64,000 nt of DNA from an uncultured Candidatus Rokubacteria bacterium. GTDB lineage: Bacteria > Methylomirabilota > Methylomirabilia > Rokubacteriales > CSP1-6. The DNA is taken from the NCBI GenBank assembly GCA_963758635.1, contig CAVWWD010000006.1, positions 320,001 to 384,000 on the forward strand, given 5' to 3'. A program made the translations under genes and the position numbers. Under the pieces are notes generated by a model. The model saw nothing but the letters and a program-made list of their open reading frames with translations, searched no databases and was not told the origin of the DNA. Positions within the stretch are counted from its first letter, which is position 1; every line of letters begins with the position of its first letter. This document shows positions 20,640 to 32,998 of the stretch, one piece after another.

Positions 20640-21332
20640 TCAGCGCGCGCGCGTCAGCGGCAGCCCGCACGCGGAGCCGAAGCGCTCGAGCGCGCGGAAG
20701 ACCCCGGCCGCGTCCGTGAAGCGGTTCACCCATCCGCTGGTCACGCAGTACCCGATGAGGTGCGGCGGCGCGTGATGGGTGGCGTGGTGGTCCGGCGCCA
20801 GGATGACGCCCCACGCCTGCAGGCGCGCCACGAGGGCGGGCACGTTCGGCGCGGCGTGCGCCCAGCGATGGAAGAGGTTGGTCAGCAGCGCCGCGCTCGC
20901 GAAGGTGACGAGGGCCGAGCCTACGAGCACGCCCGGCCACCCTGCCCCGCCCGGGCGCCACCACCACGCCGCCGCGAGCACCGGGGACAGGACGAGCGCG
21001 CTGTTGCCCATCAGCTCGAGCAGCCCGTGATGGGTCATGGCGAGCGGATCACGGTGATGCTCGCGGAACGGCTGGATGAGGACGGGCCCGATGACCGGCG
21101 ACTCCTCCTCGAAGAACGAGTCGCCGAACCAGTGGGCGAAGCCGGTGAAGAAGTCGGACACGAGGTAGCCGATGCCGATCCCGGCCACGAGCGCCGCGAA
21201 CTCCGCGGCGCCGGCGAGGTTCCGGCCGACGCGCACGGCGAGCGCGACGATCAGCCCGCTGGCGATGACGAGCGCCACCGCCTCTATCGCGACCTGGCCC
21301 CGCGGGCGTGCTCTCGAGACTCCCTGCGCCAT
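20640..21332 (-). CDS. CarF/TMEM189 (PEDS1)/FAD4 family lipid desaturase
   Basis: DFFTGFAHWFGD, FREHHRDP, HRWAH, LAPDHHATHH, YCVTSGW.N. Confidence 0.85.
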   Translation of the reverse strand: MAQGVSRARPRGQVAIEAVALVIASGLIVALAVRVGRNLAGAAEFAALVAGIGIGYLVSDFFTGFAHWFGDSFFEEESPVIGPVLIQPFREHHRDPLAMTHHGLLELMGNSALVLSPVLAAAWWWRPGGAGWPGVLVGSALVTFASAALLTNLFHRWAHAAPNVPALVARLQAWGVILAPDHHATHHAPPHLIGYCVTSGWVNRFTDAAGVFRALERFGSACGLPLTRAR

Positions 21333-21439
21333 GGCGACGGCAAGCGTCGGACAGACCCCTGGTCGCTGTCAATGGGCCCGACGCGACGACGACGACCCCG
21401 CGGGGGGGCCCTTCGACAACGGCTGAGCGGCGCCCCGTT

Positions 21440-22003
21440 TCATCGGCTCGCCCGCGTCATCAGCTCATTCGACGGCAGGCCGGGGTCGAGCACCTTGCGT
21501 GCGGTCTCGACGCCGGCCACGGGCAGGCGGCTCGCGTCGAGCAGGCCGAGCTGCACCAGCACCGAGGCCTGATCCCAGTAGATGTGCTCGTGGGCGAGCT
21601 TGCCGTCACGGAAGTGGACGATGGCGACCAGCGGGATCTCGACGCGCCTGCCCGTCGGGGGCACGCCGGGGAGCATCCAGTCCATCGGGATCGTGTGCGT
21701 GAACTTGAACACCATCTCGTCGACCACCCGGTCGGTGCCGATGGTGCGGGAGACCGGCGTCATCTCCGTGTCCGGCGGCATCTGGGGGATGAACCGGCTC
21801 GAGTAGAACTCCCGCAGCCGGTCGCGCCCGACGCCGCCGGTCAGGACCGGCACGTGGTTCACGTAGGCGTCCTCGACCATCGTGGCGAGCGTGGTCTCGG
21901 TGTCGCGCGTGGCGAACTCACAGCGCACATGCTCTTCCCAGAGATCGCGGAGCGTCGCCTGCGCGCGCGTCAGCTCCGCATCGGGGCCTCGTGGCTCGCT
22001 CAT
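21440..22003 (-). CDS. SnoaL/ester-cyclase (NTF2-like) family protein
   Basis: YVNHVPVLTGG, VVDEM, HEHIYWDQASVL. Confidence 0.85.
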   Translation of the reverse strand: MSEPRGPDAELTRAQATLRDLWEEHVRCEFATRDTETTLATMVEDAYVNHVPVLTGGVGRDRLREFYSSRFIPQMPPDTEMTPVSRTIGTDRVVDEMVFKFTHTIPMDWMLPGVPPTGRRVEIPLVAIVHFRDGKLAHEHIYWDQASVLVQLGLLDASRLPVAGVETARKVLDPGLPSNELMTRASR

Positions 22004-22138
22004 GGCTTCCTCCTCCCTGGACGGGCAGACGACGCCACGGTATCATTCCGAGGGGCGGCGGGCCATTGACGGCGGCCCGCCGTGGTTGCTAGTGTCCGCC
22101 CCGGCGACCGTCGCTGGCCCCGGCGCGCGCCCCCTTCG

Positions 22139-24291
22139 ATGAACTGCTCCCTCGGCATCGACATCGGCGGCACCTTCACCGACCTCGTCGTCTACGACCA
22201 CGACGCGGGCCGGCAGTGGAGCCGGAAGGTGCTCACCACCCACGACGACCCCGCCCGCGCGGTGGCCGCCGGCGTGGCGGCGATCCTCGCCGCCGAGCGC
22301 CTGCCCGCCTCGCGCTTCACGCGCGTCGTGCACGCCACCACGCTCTTCACCAACGCGCTGATCGAGCGCAAGGGCGCGCCCACCGGGCTCATCACCACCG
22401 CGGGCTTCCGCGACACGCTCGAGATCGGCCGCGAGCGGAAGTTCGAGCTCTACGACGTCAACATCGCGCGACCCGAGCCGCTGGTCCCCCGTCACCTGCG
22501 CCTCGAGGTGACCGAACGCGATCAAGGCGGACGGGAGCGTCAGAGATCCGCTCGACGTGGCGGAGGTGCTGGCGCGGGCCGGCGAGCTCGTCCGCGCCGG
22601 CGTCGCGTCCATCGCGGTGGTGTTCCTCCACGCCTACGCGAACCCCGCGCACGAGGCGGAGGCCGCGCGCGTGATCACCGCGGCGCATCCCGGCGTGGCG
22701 GTCACCGCGTCGCACGAGGTGGCGGCGGAGATCCGCGAGTACGAGCGCACCTCCACCGCGGTGGCCAACGCGTTCATCCAGCCGCTGGCCCATCGCTATC
22801 TGGAGCTGATGGCCGCTCAGGTGGCCGCGCAGGGCATCGCCGCGCCGCTCCTGCTCATGCTGTCGAGCGGCGGGCTCACCCACGTGGCCGAGGCCCGGCG
22901 CGCGCCGGTGCGCATGCTCGAGTCGGGGCCGGCGGCGGGCGCGCTCGCCGCCGCCTTCTTCGGCCGCGAGGACGCGGGCGGGGACCTCCTCGCCTTCGAC
23001 ATGGGAGGCACCACCGCCAAGCTCTCGCTGGTGGAGGGCGGCGAGCCGCTCGTCGCCCAGAGCTTCGAGGCGGCGCGGCAGAAGCGGTTCGTGGAGGGCA
23101 GCGGCTTCCCGATCCGCGATCTCCACCGTCGAGCTGATCGAGATCGGCGCGGGCGGCGGCAGCATCGCGCGGATCGACGAGATCGGTCTCCTCAAGGTGG
23201 GGCCGCAGAGCGCGGGCTCGCAGCCGGGGCCGGTGAGCTACGGCCTGGGCGGCGCCGAGCCCACCGTGACCGACGCGGACTTCGTGCTCGGCTACCTCGA
23301 TCCCGGCTACTTCGCGGGCGGCACGATGACGATCGACATGGACGGGGCAAGGGCCGCGCTGGACCGCGTGGCGCGCCAGGCCGACCTCACGCGCGACCAG
23401 CTCGCCTGGGGCATCCACGACGTGGTCAACGAGAGCATGGCGAGCGCGGCGCGCGTGCACATCGCCGAGCGCGGGCGCGACCCGCGCGGCTACGCGCTCC
23501 TCTGCACGGGCGGCGCGGGGCCGGTGCACGCCCACGGCGTGGCCCGGAAGCTCGGCCTCTCCCGCGTGATCTGCCCGCCCTCGGCGGGCGTCGCCTCCGC
23601 GCTCGGGCTCCTCGTCGCGCCCGCGCGCGTCGATCGCGTGGCCACCGTGGGCATCCGGCTCGACCGCGACGATCCCGCCGTCCTCGAGGCCGCGTTCCGC
23701 CGGCTGGAGGACGAGGCGCGCGCCGTGCTCGCGGACTCCGGGCTCAAGCTCGAGACGGCCACCTGGCAGCGGCTGGCCGACGGCCGGTTCCTCGGCCAGG
23801 GCTTCGACCTGGTGGTGCCGCTCCCCGACGGCCCGTACGAGGGCGCGGGGGCGCGGCGCGCGCTCACCGCCGCCTTCGAGGCGGCGTATCGCGAGAAGTT
23901 CGAGCTGACGCCGCCCGACGTGCCGGTGGAATTCATCAACATCCGCGTGGCCGGGCGGGCCCCGGTGTCGGGCAGCGAGGTGGCGCAGCGGGCGGGCGGC
24001 GCGCGGGAGCCCGGCGACGCCGTGAAGGGGCGACGGCGCGCGTACTTCCCCGAGGCGGGCGGCTTCGTCGAGGCGACGGTGTACGACCGCTCGCGGCTCG
24101 GGGTGGGGCAGTCGTTCACGGGGCCCGCGGTGGTCGAGGAGGAAGGCTCGACGCTGGTCGTGGGCCCGGGCGCGCGCGCGACGGTGGCGCCGAGCGGCAA
24201 CCTGATCGTGGACCTGAGTGGAGCAGCGTCGCGTGAGGACGTGCGACGCCCCTCACCCCGCCCTCCGGGAGGGGACGCTCGGGACGCGTGA
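22139..24291 (+). CDS. Hydantoinase A / 5-oxoprolinase alpha family (indels near 22520 and 23118)
   Basis: GIDIGGTFTD, ESGPAAG, DMGGTTAK, GAGGGSIA, PTVTDAD. Confidence 0.88.
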
Positions 24292-25895
24292 ACCTCGACG
24301 CGGTAACGCTGGAGGTGCTCTGGACCCGGCTCATCTCGATCGTCGACGAGGCGGCGAAGGCCATCGTGCGCACGTCCTTCTCCACGCTCAGCAACGAGGC
24401 CAACGACTTCGCGTGCGTGCTCACCGACGCGCGGGGCGCCGCGCTCGCGCAGAACACCGGCAGCATCCCGTCGTTCATCGCCACGCTGCCCGCCACCGTC
24501 CGCCACTTCCTCGCCGGGATGGGCGCCGGCGGGATGCGGCCGGGCGACGTGCTCATCACCAACAACCCGTGGATGGGCACCGGGCACCTCTCCGACGTCT
24601 GCGTGCTCAAGCCGATCTTCCACGCCGGGCGCCTCGTCGCCTTCTCCGCCACCACCTCGCACATGCCCGACATCGGCGGGCGCGTGCGGGCCATCGAGGC
24701 GCGCGAGGTGTTCGAGGAAGGCTTCCACATCCCGCTGTCGAAGCTGGTGCGCGAGGGACGGACCGACGACACGCTCGTGTCGCTCCTGCGCGCCAACGTG
24801 CGGACGCCCGATCAGACCCTGGGCGACATCTGGGCGCAGGTGGGCGCCAACGGCCTGATGGAGCGGCGCGTGCTCGGGCTGCTGGACGACTACCGCCTCG
24901 ACGGGCTCGCCGACCTGGCCGGCGAGCTGTTCGGCCGCACGGAGCGCGCGATGCGCGCGGCCATCCGCGCCGTGCCCGACGGCACGTACCGCTACGCGCT
25001 CCGCACCGACGGGGTCGACGAGCCGTACGAGTTCCGGTTCGCTCTCACCGTGGCGGGCGACGAGATCGTGGCCGACTACGCGGGGACGTCCCCCGCCCAG
25101 CCGCGCGCCATCAACTGCGTGCTCGCGTACACCTACGCGATGACGGCCTACGCCGTGCGCTGCGCGCTCTTGCCCACCTTGCCGAACAACGAGGGCATGT
25201 ACCGGCCGGTGCGGGTCGAGGCGCCGGAGGGCTGCCTCCTGAACCCGCGGTTCCCCGCCGCGGTGGTGAGCCGCTCGAACACCGGGCACTACGTGCCGGT
25301 GGTCGTGTTCGGCGCGCTCCATCAGGTGATCCCCGAGCGCGTGATGGCGGGGGCGGGCTCGCCGCTCTGGGCCGTCACCCAGTCCGGCGTGCGCGCGGAT
25401 CATCGGCCGTACACCAACGTGCTCTTCTTCAACGGCGGCATGGGCGCCACCCCGGTGAAGGACGGCGAGAGCGCGACGTCGTGGCCGAGCAACATCTCGT
25501 CCACGCCGGTGGAGGTGGCGGAGCGGAACAGCCCGCTCTTCTTCCACGCCAAGCGCCTGCGCGCCGGCTCGGGCGGAGCGGGACGGTTTCGCGGCGGCCT
25601 CGGCCAGGACATCCTGATGGAGTCGGAATCCGACACGCCGATCCTGCTGAGCTTCATGGCCGAGCGCACGAAGTTCGCCGCGCCGGGGTTCGCGGGCGGC
25701 GACGACGGCGGCCTCGGCGACGTGCGCATCAACGACGTGCCGATCAACCATCGCGCGCAGCACCTGATCAAGAAGGGCGACCGCGTCCTCATCAGCACGC
25801 CCGGCGGCGGCGGCTACGGCCCGCCCTCGGAGCGCCCGGCGCCGCAGGTCGACCTCGACCACGCGCTCGGCTACACGCCCCGCCCCACGCAGTAG
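24288..25895 (+). CDS. Hydantoinase B / oxoprolinase beta family
   Basis: NNPWMGTGHLSD, HMPDIGG, GSGGAGRFRGG, TPGGGGYG. Confidence 0.9.
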   Translation: MNLDAVTLEVLWTRLISIVDEAAKAIVRTSFSTLSNEANDFACVLTDARGAALAQNTGSIPSFIATLPATVRHFLAGMGAGGMRPGDVLITNNPWMGTGHLSDVCVLKPIFHAGRLVAFSATTSHMPDIGGRVRAIEAREVFEEGFHIPLSKLVREGRTDDTLVSLLRANVRTPDQTLGDIWAQVGANGLMERRVLGLLDDYRLDGLADLAGELFGRTERAMRAAIRAVPDGTYRYALRTDGVDEPYEFRFALTVAGDEIVADYAGTSPAQPRAINCVLAYTYAMTAYAVRCALLPTLPNNEGMYRPVRVEAPEGCLLNPRFPAAVVSRSNTGHYVPVVVFGALHQVIPERVMAGAGSPLWAVTQSGVRADHRPYTNVLFFNGGMGATPVKDGESATSWPSNISSTPVEVAERNSPLFFHAKRLRAGSGGAGRFRGGLGQDILMESESDTPILLSFMAERTKFAAPGFAGGDDGGLGDVRINDVPINHRAQHLIKKGDRVLISTPGGGGYGPPSERPAPQVDLDHALGYTPRPTQ

Positions 25896-25979
25896 CCGTC
25901 CACTTCGAGACCGCCGAACCGGGCCACCCGGCCGAGCAGGCGGACCGGCCGGGGCAGGCTCATGCCGCGGGCGGCCGCG

Positions 25980-26978
25980 CTACAGGCCGAGCAGCTTCTC
26001 GACGTTCCGCCAGAGGATGCGCTCCTTCTCGTCCGCGCTGAGGCTCCGGAGGCCCTTGATCCATCCCGACGGCGAGGGATCCCATCCGACGAACGGCCAG
26101 TCGCTGCCGAGCACGATGCGGTCGATGCCCACGGCGTCGATCAGGAAGCGGAGCGCAGGCTCGCTGCCCACCACGGTGTCGTACCAGAGCTGCGACTGGT
26201 ACGAGCTGGGCGGACGGCTGATGTGCTCCCGCGCCTCGGCGCGGACCTGCCAGCCATGGTCGAGACGGCCCATGCCGAAGCACGCGGGGCCGCCGCCGTG
26301 CGCCACGCACACCTTGAGGTCCGGGCAGGCCTCGAGGATGCCGCCGTGGATGAGGATGGCGACGACGATCGCGTCCTCCACGATGACGCCGATGCTGTTG
26401 TTCAGCCCGTACTTCTCGGTGCGCGAGAGCATGAAGTTGTGCTGCGGCTGCGGGTGGAAGAAGAGGACGGCGCCCATCGCCTCGGCGGCCTTGAACAGCG
26501 GGAGGAACCGCGGCTCGTCCCAGTTGTCGCCGTTGACGAGCGTGTCCAGCTCGGCGCCCTTGAGGCCGAGCACGTGGACGGCGCGGTCGAGCTCGTCGAT
26601 GGCCGCGCCAACGTCCTGCACGGGCAGCGTGGCGAGCCCCGCGAAGCGCTCGGGCCACTGCCGCGTCATGGCCGCGATCTCGTCGTTCACGTCGCGCGCG
26701 AGCTGGCGGCCCTGCGCCGCGTCCAGGTGATAGCCCACGAGCGGCATGTGGATCGACACGACCTGCACGTCGGTCCCTTGCGCGTCCATGTCGCGCAGGC
26801 GCTCCTCGGGCGTGAAGCGGACCTTGGGCGAGGTGAGCCGGCTCCGCTTGCCGCCCGCGACGATCGTGCCGCCGCCGTCGCCGGGCTCGAGGCGCACGCC
26901 GTACCAGTCGCGGCCGGCATCGACGGCGCGCCACAGGCACTGCGGCATCAGGTGAGCGTGGATGTCGATGCTCCGCAT
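25980..26978 (-). CDS. Amidohydrolase_2 (ACMSD-like decarboxylase)
   Basis: IDIHAH, FFHP, AHGGG, GSDWPF. Confidence 0.85.
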   Translation of the reverse strand: MRSIDIHAHLMPQCLWRAVDAGRDWYGVRLEPGDGGGTIVAGGKRSRLTSPKVRFTPEERLRDMDAQGTDVQVVSIHMPLVGYHLDAAQGRQLARDVNDEIAAMTRQWPERFAGLATLPVQDVGAAIDELDRAVHVLGLKGAELDTLVNGDNWDEPRFLPLFKAAEAMGAVLFFHPQPQHNFMLSRTEKYGLNNSIGVIVEDAIVVAILIHGGILEACPDLKVCVAHGGGPACFGMGRLDHGWQVRAEAREHISRPPSSYQSQLWYDTVVGSEPALRFLIDAVGIDRIVLGSDWPFVGWDPSPSGWIKGLRSLSADEKERILWRNVEKLLGL

Positions 26979-27159
26979 GGGCGTTCTCCGTTCCATGAGC
27001 CGTCGGGGCGCCTGCGCCGAGCCTCCGGCGCCCGACGGGCGGGCAGGTCAACCCGGCGACGTGCTGGGTTCCCGCCCAGCATCGCCGAAATCCGCGGCGA
27101 TCACCAGCGTACAATCGCCGCGTGGCGCACCGGCTCTCCCGCCTCGCCGCCGTCCGCCG

Positions 27160-28200
27160 GTGACCGACGCGCTGGCCGCGCGCTTCCGGCGGTTCGCGGA
27201 CTCGGAGTGCCGCGGCTCGTCGCCGCTCTACGAGCGCCTCGCGCGGTCCGTCGCCGGCGACGCGGAGATGCTCGCGCTCGCCGCCGAGGCGCCGCCCGGG
27301 CAGCCCACGCCGAACCTGTTCTTCGCCGCCGTCCACTTCCTCCTGCTCGGCGCGGCCGGCGCGCCGCTCGCGCTCTTCTACCCGAGCCTCACGGAGACGG
27401 CGGCGGCGCCCGACGGCGCGTATCCCGCGTTCCGGGAGTTCTGCCGCGACCACGCCGCCGCCGTGCGACGCCTCCTCGCCACGCGCCGCGTGCAAACCAA
27501 CGAGGTCGGGCGCTGCGCGTACCTCTTCCCCGCGTTCGTCACGGTGGCGCGGGAGGCGGGCGACGCGCCGCTCGCCCTCCTCGAGATCGGGACCAGCGCC
27601 GGGCTGAACCTGATGTGGGATCGCTACGGCTACCGCTACGGCGATGGCGTGAGCTACGGCGATCCTCGCTCCCCGGTGCAGCTCGCGTGCGAGCTCCGCG
27701 GCGCGGATCGGCCGCCGCTCCCCCGCGTGATGCCGCGGGTGGGCCTGGCGGTGGGCGTGGACCTCGCGGTGCCGGACCTCGACGATCCGGACGACGCGGG
27801 ATGGCTCGTCGCGCTCGTGTGGCCCGAGCACCACGAGCGCCGGGCCGCGCTCCGCGGCGCCATCGAGATCGCGCGCGCGGCGCGCCCGCGCCTCGTCGCC
27901 GGCGACGGCCTCGCGCGGCTTCCAGACCTGCTCGACGCGGTGCCCGCGGGCATGACGGCATGCGTCTTCCACACGCACACCATCAACCAGTTCACCGCCG
28001 AGGCCCGCGAGCGCCTGTCCGCGTTGCTCGCCGCGCACGGGGCCCGGCGAGACCTCCACCGTGTCTCCGCGGAGTGGCTCGCCGGGCCCGACCCGCGCCT
28101 CGAGCTCGTCTCGTGGCGAGCCGGACGCGCGTCGCACCGCGTGCTCGGCTCGTGCCATCCCCACGGCCGCTGGCTGCGCTGGGAGGATCGGCCCTCGTAG
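27160..28200 (+). CDS. DUF2332 family protein
   Basis: SPLY, QTNEVGR, EIGTSAGLNL, VWPE, HPHGRW. Confidence 0.8.
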   Translation: MTDALAARFRRFADSECRGSSPLYERLARSVAGDAEMLALAAEAPPGQPTPNLFFAAVHFLLLGAAGAPLALFYPSLTETAAAPDGAYPAFREFCRDHAAAVRRLLATRRVQTNEVGRCAYLFPAFVTVAREAGDAPLALLEIGTSAGLNLMWDRYGYRYGDGVSYGDPRSPVQLACELRGADRPPLPRVMPRVGLAVGVDLAVPDLDDPDDAGWLVALVWPEHHERRAALRGAIEIARAARPRLVAGDGLARLPDLLDAVPAGMTACVFHTHTINQFTAEARERLSALLAAHGARRDLHRVSAEWLAGPDPRLELVSWRAGRASHRVLGSCHPHGRWLRWEDRPS

Positions 28201-28411
28201 CCTGCGGCGTCCGTCCGTCCGAGCGTCACTGCGCGGACGGAACCGAGAGCCGCGCCGGACAGCCCCTGGAACCGTTGCACGGCAAGAATTTCATTCGCGT
28301 GTCCTTCTAGGAGGATCTCCGATGCCCACCCGCGGCGGCCCGGCGGAGCCAGGGCGGCGCAACTCTCCGTGGCGCGTGCCTTCGGAGACCGCCACGGTCT
28401 CGCGCGCCCCC

Positions 28412-28427
28412 CGGCATCGGCCTTGCA
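28412..28427 (+). promoter_or_regulatory. Candidate sigma54 (-24/-12) promoter
   Basis: CGGCATC-GGCC-TTGCA with exact GG-N10-GC spacing. Confidence 0.45.
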
Positions 28428-28481
28428 GCCCCACCAGCGCAGGGCCACCTGCGGCCTCCCGTTGAACACTGGAGGCATCAC

Positions 28482-29837
<1,356 letters not shown>

Positions 29838-30025
29838 CACGCCTGATACGCCGCGGCCGCGGTGACGCCTGAGCGGGGCGACCGCGGTCGCGTGCAGGGC
29901 GACCGATTTGACCCGGTCGGCCTGACGCGACCGGGCCGCCGCACCCCATCCCCTCGTCGCCCGGCCCGCGCCCCGAACCGCCCGATCGCGCGGGCGTTTC
30001 CGCGCGGCACGCGCCGCCTCCGGCC

Positions 30026-30041
30026 TGGCACGGTCGATGCG
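30026..30041 (+). promoter_or_regulatory. Candidate sigma54 promoter
   Basis: TGGCACG-GTCG-ATGC. Confidence 0.55.
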
Positions 30042-30145
30042 GTCGACAGTCCTGAGCGAGCCGGGGCGCGCTCGGCGCCCCCGGATGCGCGAATTCGAAC
30101 CCAGGAGGTATCGATGCGCTACGACATCGTCGGGGAGACGCGATC

Positions 30146-30472
30146 ATGAGCGCCTTGTCCGGGCTCGCCACCGGCGTCGCCCATGCGATCAGTGAGGGCG
30201 CCACGCCGCTGGCCAAGCCACGCGAGCGCGAGGCGCCCCGTACGCTGGAACACCGGTGCGACGTGTGCGGCAACCACTACGACTCGCCCCTCGAGATCCG
30301 CGTGCGGGGCATATCGGGAACCTACGACTGCTTCGAGTGCGCGATCCAGGCCCTGGCGCCGACGTGCGCGCACTGCGGCTGTCGAGTCATCGGGCACGGC
30401 GTGGAGGACGGCAGCGCGATCTTCTGCTGCGCGCACTGCGCGCGGGCAACCAACGGTCACGCCGCGAAGTGA
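30146..30472 (+). CDS. Small Cys-rich metallothionein-like protein
   Basis: CDVC..CFECAI..CAHCGC..CCAHC. Confidence 0.75.
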   Translation: MSALSGLATGVAHAISEGATPLAKPREREAPRTLEHRCDVCGNHYDSPLEIRVRGISGTYDCFECAIQALAPTCAHCGCRVIGHGVEDGSAIFCCAHCARATNGHAAK

Positions 30473-30535
30473 CGGAACGCGCGGGCGGTCGCGCAGGCCG
30501 GGGCCAGCTCGACCGCCCGCGTCGCCCCCGGTCGG

Positions 30536-31753
30536 TCAGGTGCCGCCCGCCGCCTTCCGGGCCGCCACCGCGGCGTCGGCCTTGACGAAATGGGCGTCGG
30601 TCAGGCCGTAGAGGTGCGCCCCGCCCATGAAGATGTGCGCGGCGATCTCGCGCGGCACGTTCTTGAGCAGGTTCTCCGACACGTGGGGGAAGTTCGAGTC
30701 GAAGTGCGGGTAGTCGGTCGACACGCACATGCGGTCGGCGCCGATGAGCCCGGCCGTGGCCTCGATCTCCGGCTCGCTCCCCTCCACCGCCGCCCAGCAG
30801 TTGCGCCGGAAGTACTCGCGCGGGGTCAACGACAGGTAGGGCGCGTGCGAGTCGCGGTACTGGGGATAGTCCCACTCGATCCGCGACAGGAGCCCGGGCA
30901 CCCACGAGTTCTGCGCCTCGAGGAAGCCGACGCGGAGCTTCGGGTGGAACTCGAACACGCCGCCGATGATCATGGCGATCATCGCCTGCTGCATCTCGAT
31001 CCAGTGGCTGGCCACGTGACGGTAGAAGCGGTTCTCGCCGTACAGCTCGATCATGCGCGAGTACGGCGCGCTCACCCCTTCGTGGAATCCCCACGTCACG
31101 TTCAGGTCCTCGTGGACGGTGTAGAGCGGGTCCCAGTAGTTGGAGTGCCAGTACCGGCCGTTCACGAGGTTGGGTCGGATGAACGAGCCGACGGCGCCCA
31201 GCTCCCGCACGCACCGCACCAGCTCGCGGCAGGCGAGGTGCACGTCGTGCACGGGCAGCATGGCCACCCACTTCAGCTGATCCGGGCTGTGGCTGCAGAA
31301 CTCGTGGATCCAGTTGTTGTAGGCCTGGCAGATGGCGAGGGACAGGCGCGGGTCCATGTTGTTGCGGGCGAGGAGCGCGAGGCCGGCGGTGGGATAGTTG
31401 ACCGCGATGTCCACGCCCTCCATCGCCATGCCCATCACCTGGGCCTCGGCGTCGTAGTCGCGCGTGATCGCGAAGTCCAGCCGCCCGGTGTCGAAGATCC
31501 GCGAGCCGGACAGGAGCTGGGTGCTCTGGCTCGAGGCGGGACGCACGCGCTTCCGGTACTGCTGGAGATCCATGTCGGAGGTGGGCTCGTCGTCGATGAC
31601 GATCAGCCCCGACGGCCCCCGGTTGGGCTTGCCGTCCGCCCCCACCGGCACGATCACGCGGTGCTTGAAGGCCGGATCCAGGTAGCGATCGAAGAGATCG
31701 GGCGGCTCCATGATGTGCATGTCGGAGTCGACGAACCGGAGCCCATCCTTCAT
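30536..31753 (-). CDS. Amidohydrolase_2 family protein
   Basis: DSDMH, YPT, YNNW, FHE, STDYPH. Confidence 0.88.
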   Translation of the reverse strand: MKDGLRFVDSDMHIMEPPDLFDRYLDPAFKHRVIVPVGADGKPNRGPSGLIVIDDEPTSDMDLQQYRKRVRPASSQSTQLLSGSRIFDTGRLDFAITRDYDAEAQVMGMAMEGVDIAVNYPTAGLALLARNNMDPRLSLAICQAYNNWIHEFCSHSPDQLKWVAMLPVHDVHLACRELVRCVRELGAVGSFIRPNLVNGRYWHSNYWDPLYTVHEDLNVTWGFHEGVSAPYSRMIELYGENRFYRHVASHWIEMQQAMIAMIIGGVFEFHPKLRVGFLEAQNSWVPGLLSRIEWDYPQYRDSHAPYLSLTPREYFRRNCWAAVEGSEPEIEATAGLIGADRMCVSTDYPHFDSNFPHVSENLLKNVPREIAAHIFMGGAHLYGLTDAHFVKADAAVAARKAAGGT

Positions 31754-31805
31754 GACGTCCTCCTCGAGCTGACTCGGTCGGTGCGCTTCGGGGCCCCCGC
31801 GCGGC

Positions 31806-32189
31806 TCAACTGGGAATACCGGCGGTGACCGTGATCTCCACCAGGAGCTCGGGCGAGTTGAGCATGGCCGACACGGTGGTCCGCGCCGGCTTCGACGTGG
31901 GGAAGTAGCGCGCGTACTCCTCGTTGTAGGCGGCGAGGTCCTCGCGCTTGGTCAGGTGCGTGGTCACCGTGAGCACGTTGTCGAGCGACGTGCCCGCCGC
32001 CTCGAGCACGAGCTTGATGCGCTCGAGCACGTTGCGCGTCTGCTCGCGGATGTCGTGGCCGACCTCCCCGGTGACGGGATGCCGGCCCGTCTGCCCGGCC
32101 ACGAACACCAGGTTGCCGAAGCGCGTGGCCGCGGAGAGGTTCGGGTTCGACGCCGCCATCTGGACCTGGATGATCTCCTTCTTCGGCAT
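31806..32189 (-). CDS. RidA/YjgF family protein
   Basis: VFVAGQ, NEEYARYF..PARTT..VEI. Confidence 0.88.
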   Translation of the reverse strand: MPKKEIIQVQMAASNPNLSAATRFGNLVFVAGQTGRHPVTGEVGHDIREQTRNVLERIKLVLEAAGTSLDNVLTVTTHLTKREDLAAYNEEYARYFPTSKPARTTVSAMLNSPELLVEITVTAGIPS

Positions 32190-32206
32190 CGCCGTCCCCT
32201 CCCGCC

Positions 32207-32998
32207 TCAGCGGCCCTCGAAATTCGGCAGCCGGCGCTCGCCCCAGGCCTTCACGCCTTCCTTGAAGTCCAACGTCTTGCGCGTCCACTCCTGCTCGGTC
32301 AGCTCGCGCTCGGTGGCCCGCTCGGCGCCGTCGGCGAACCCGCGCCGCACGCTCTCGCGCGTGGCCTGCACGGCGAGCGGGGCGGACTGCGCGATCTCCG
32401 TGGCGAGCGCGGTGGCGGCGGCGCGCACCTCGGCGAGCGGCACGAGCACGTCGGCCATGCCCATGGCCACCGCCTCGTCACCGGTCACGCGGCGGCCGGT
32501 ATAGAAGAGGAGGTTGGCCTTCTGCTGCCCGACCAGCCGCGGCAGCGTGTAGGTCAGGCTGAAGCCGGGGTGGAAGCCGAGGCGGTTGAAGTTGGCGGAG
32601 AAGCGCGCCTCGCTGCACGTCACGCGGAAGTCGGTGGCCAGCGCGAGGCCGAGGCCGCCGCCGATGGCCGCCCCCTGCACCGCCGCCACGATCGGCTTCT
32701 TCGTCCGGAAGATGCGCGTGGCCTCCTTGTAGAGGTGCTTGGACGCGCCGCCCTCGTTGTTCGCGCCGGTCGCCGGCCGGTTCGCGAAGTCGGCGCCGGC
32801 GCAGAAGGACTTGCCCTGGGCGCACAGCACCACCGCCCGGCACGTGGGGTCGCGATCGAAGGCCTCCAGGGCGTCGGCGATCTGGTTGATGAGGGCGTTG
32901 TCGAAGTAGTTGTGGGGCGGCCGCTGGATCTCGATCTGGCCGACGTGCCCCTCGATGGTCACGCCAACGTCCTTGTAGGTGGCGGCTGTCACGGTCAT
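32207..32998 (-). CDS. Enoyl-CoA hydratase/isomerase family protein
   Basis: FCAGAD, AIGGGLGLAL.TDFR, FKEGV. Confidence 0.9.
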   Translation of the reverse strand: MTVTAATYKDVGVTIEGHVGQIEIQRPPHNYFDNALINQIADALEAFDRDPTCRAVVLCAQGKSFCAGADFANRPATGANNEGGASKHLYKEATRIFRTKKPIVAAVQGAAIGGGLGLALATDFRVTCSEARFSANFNRLGFHPGFSLTYTLPRLVGQQKANLLFYTGRRVTGDEAVAMGMADVLVPLAEVRAAATALATEIAQSAPLAVQATRESVRRGFADGAERATERELTEQEWTRKTLDFKEGVKAWGERRLPNFEGR

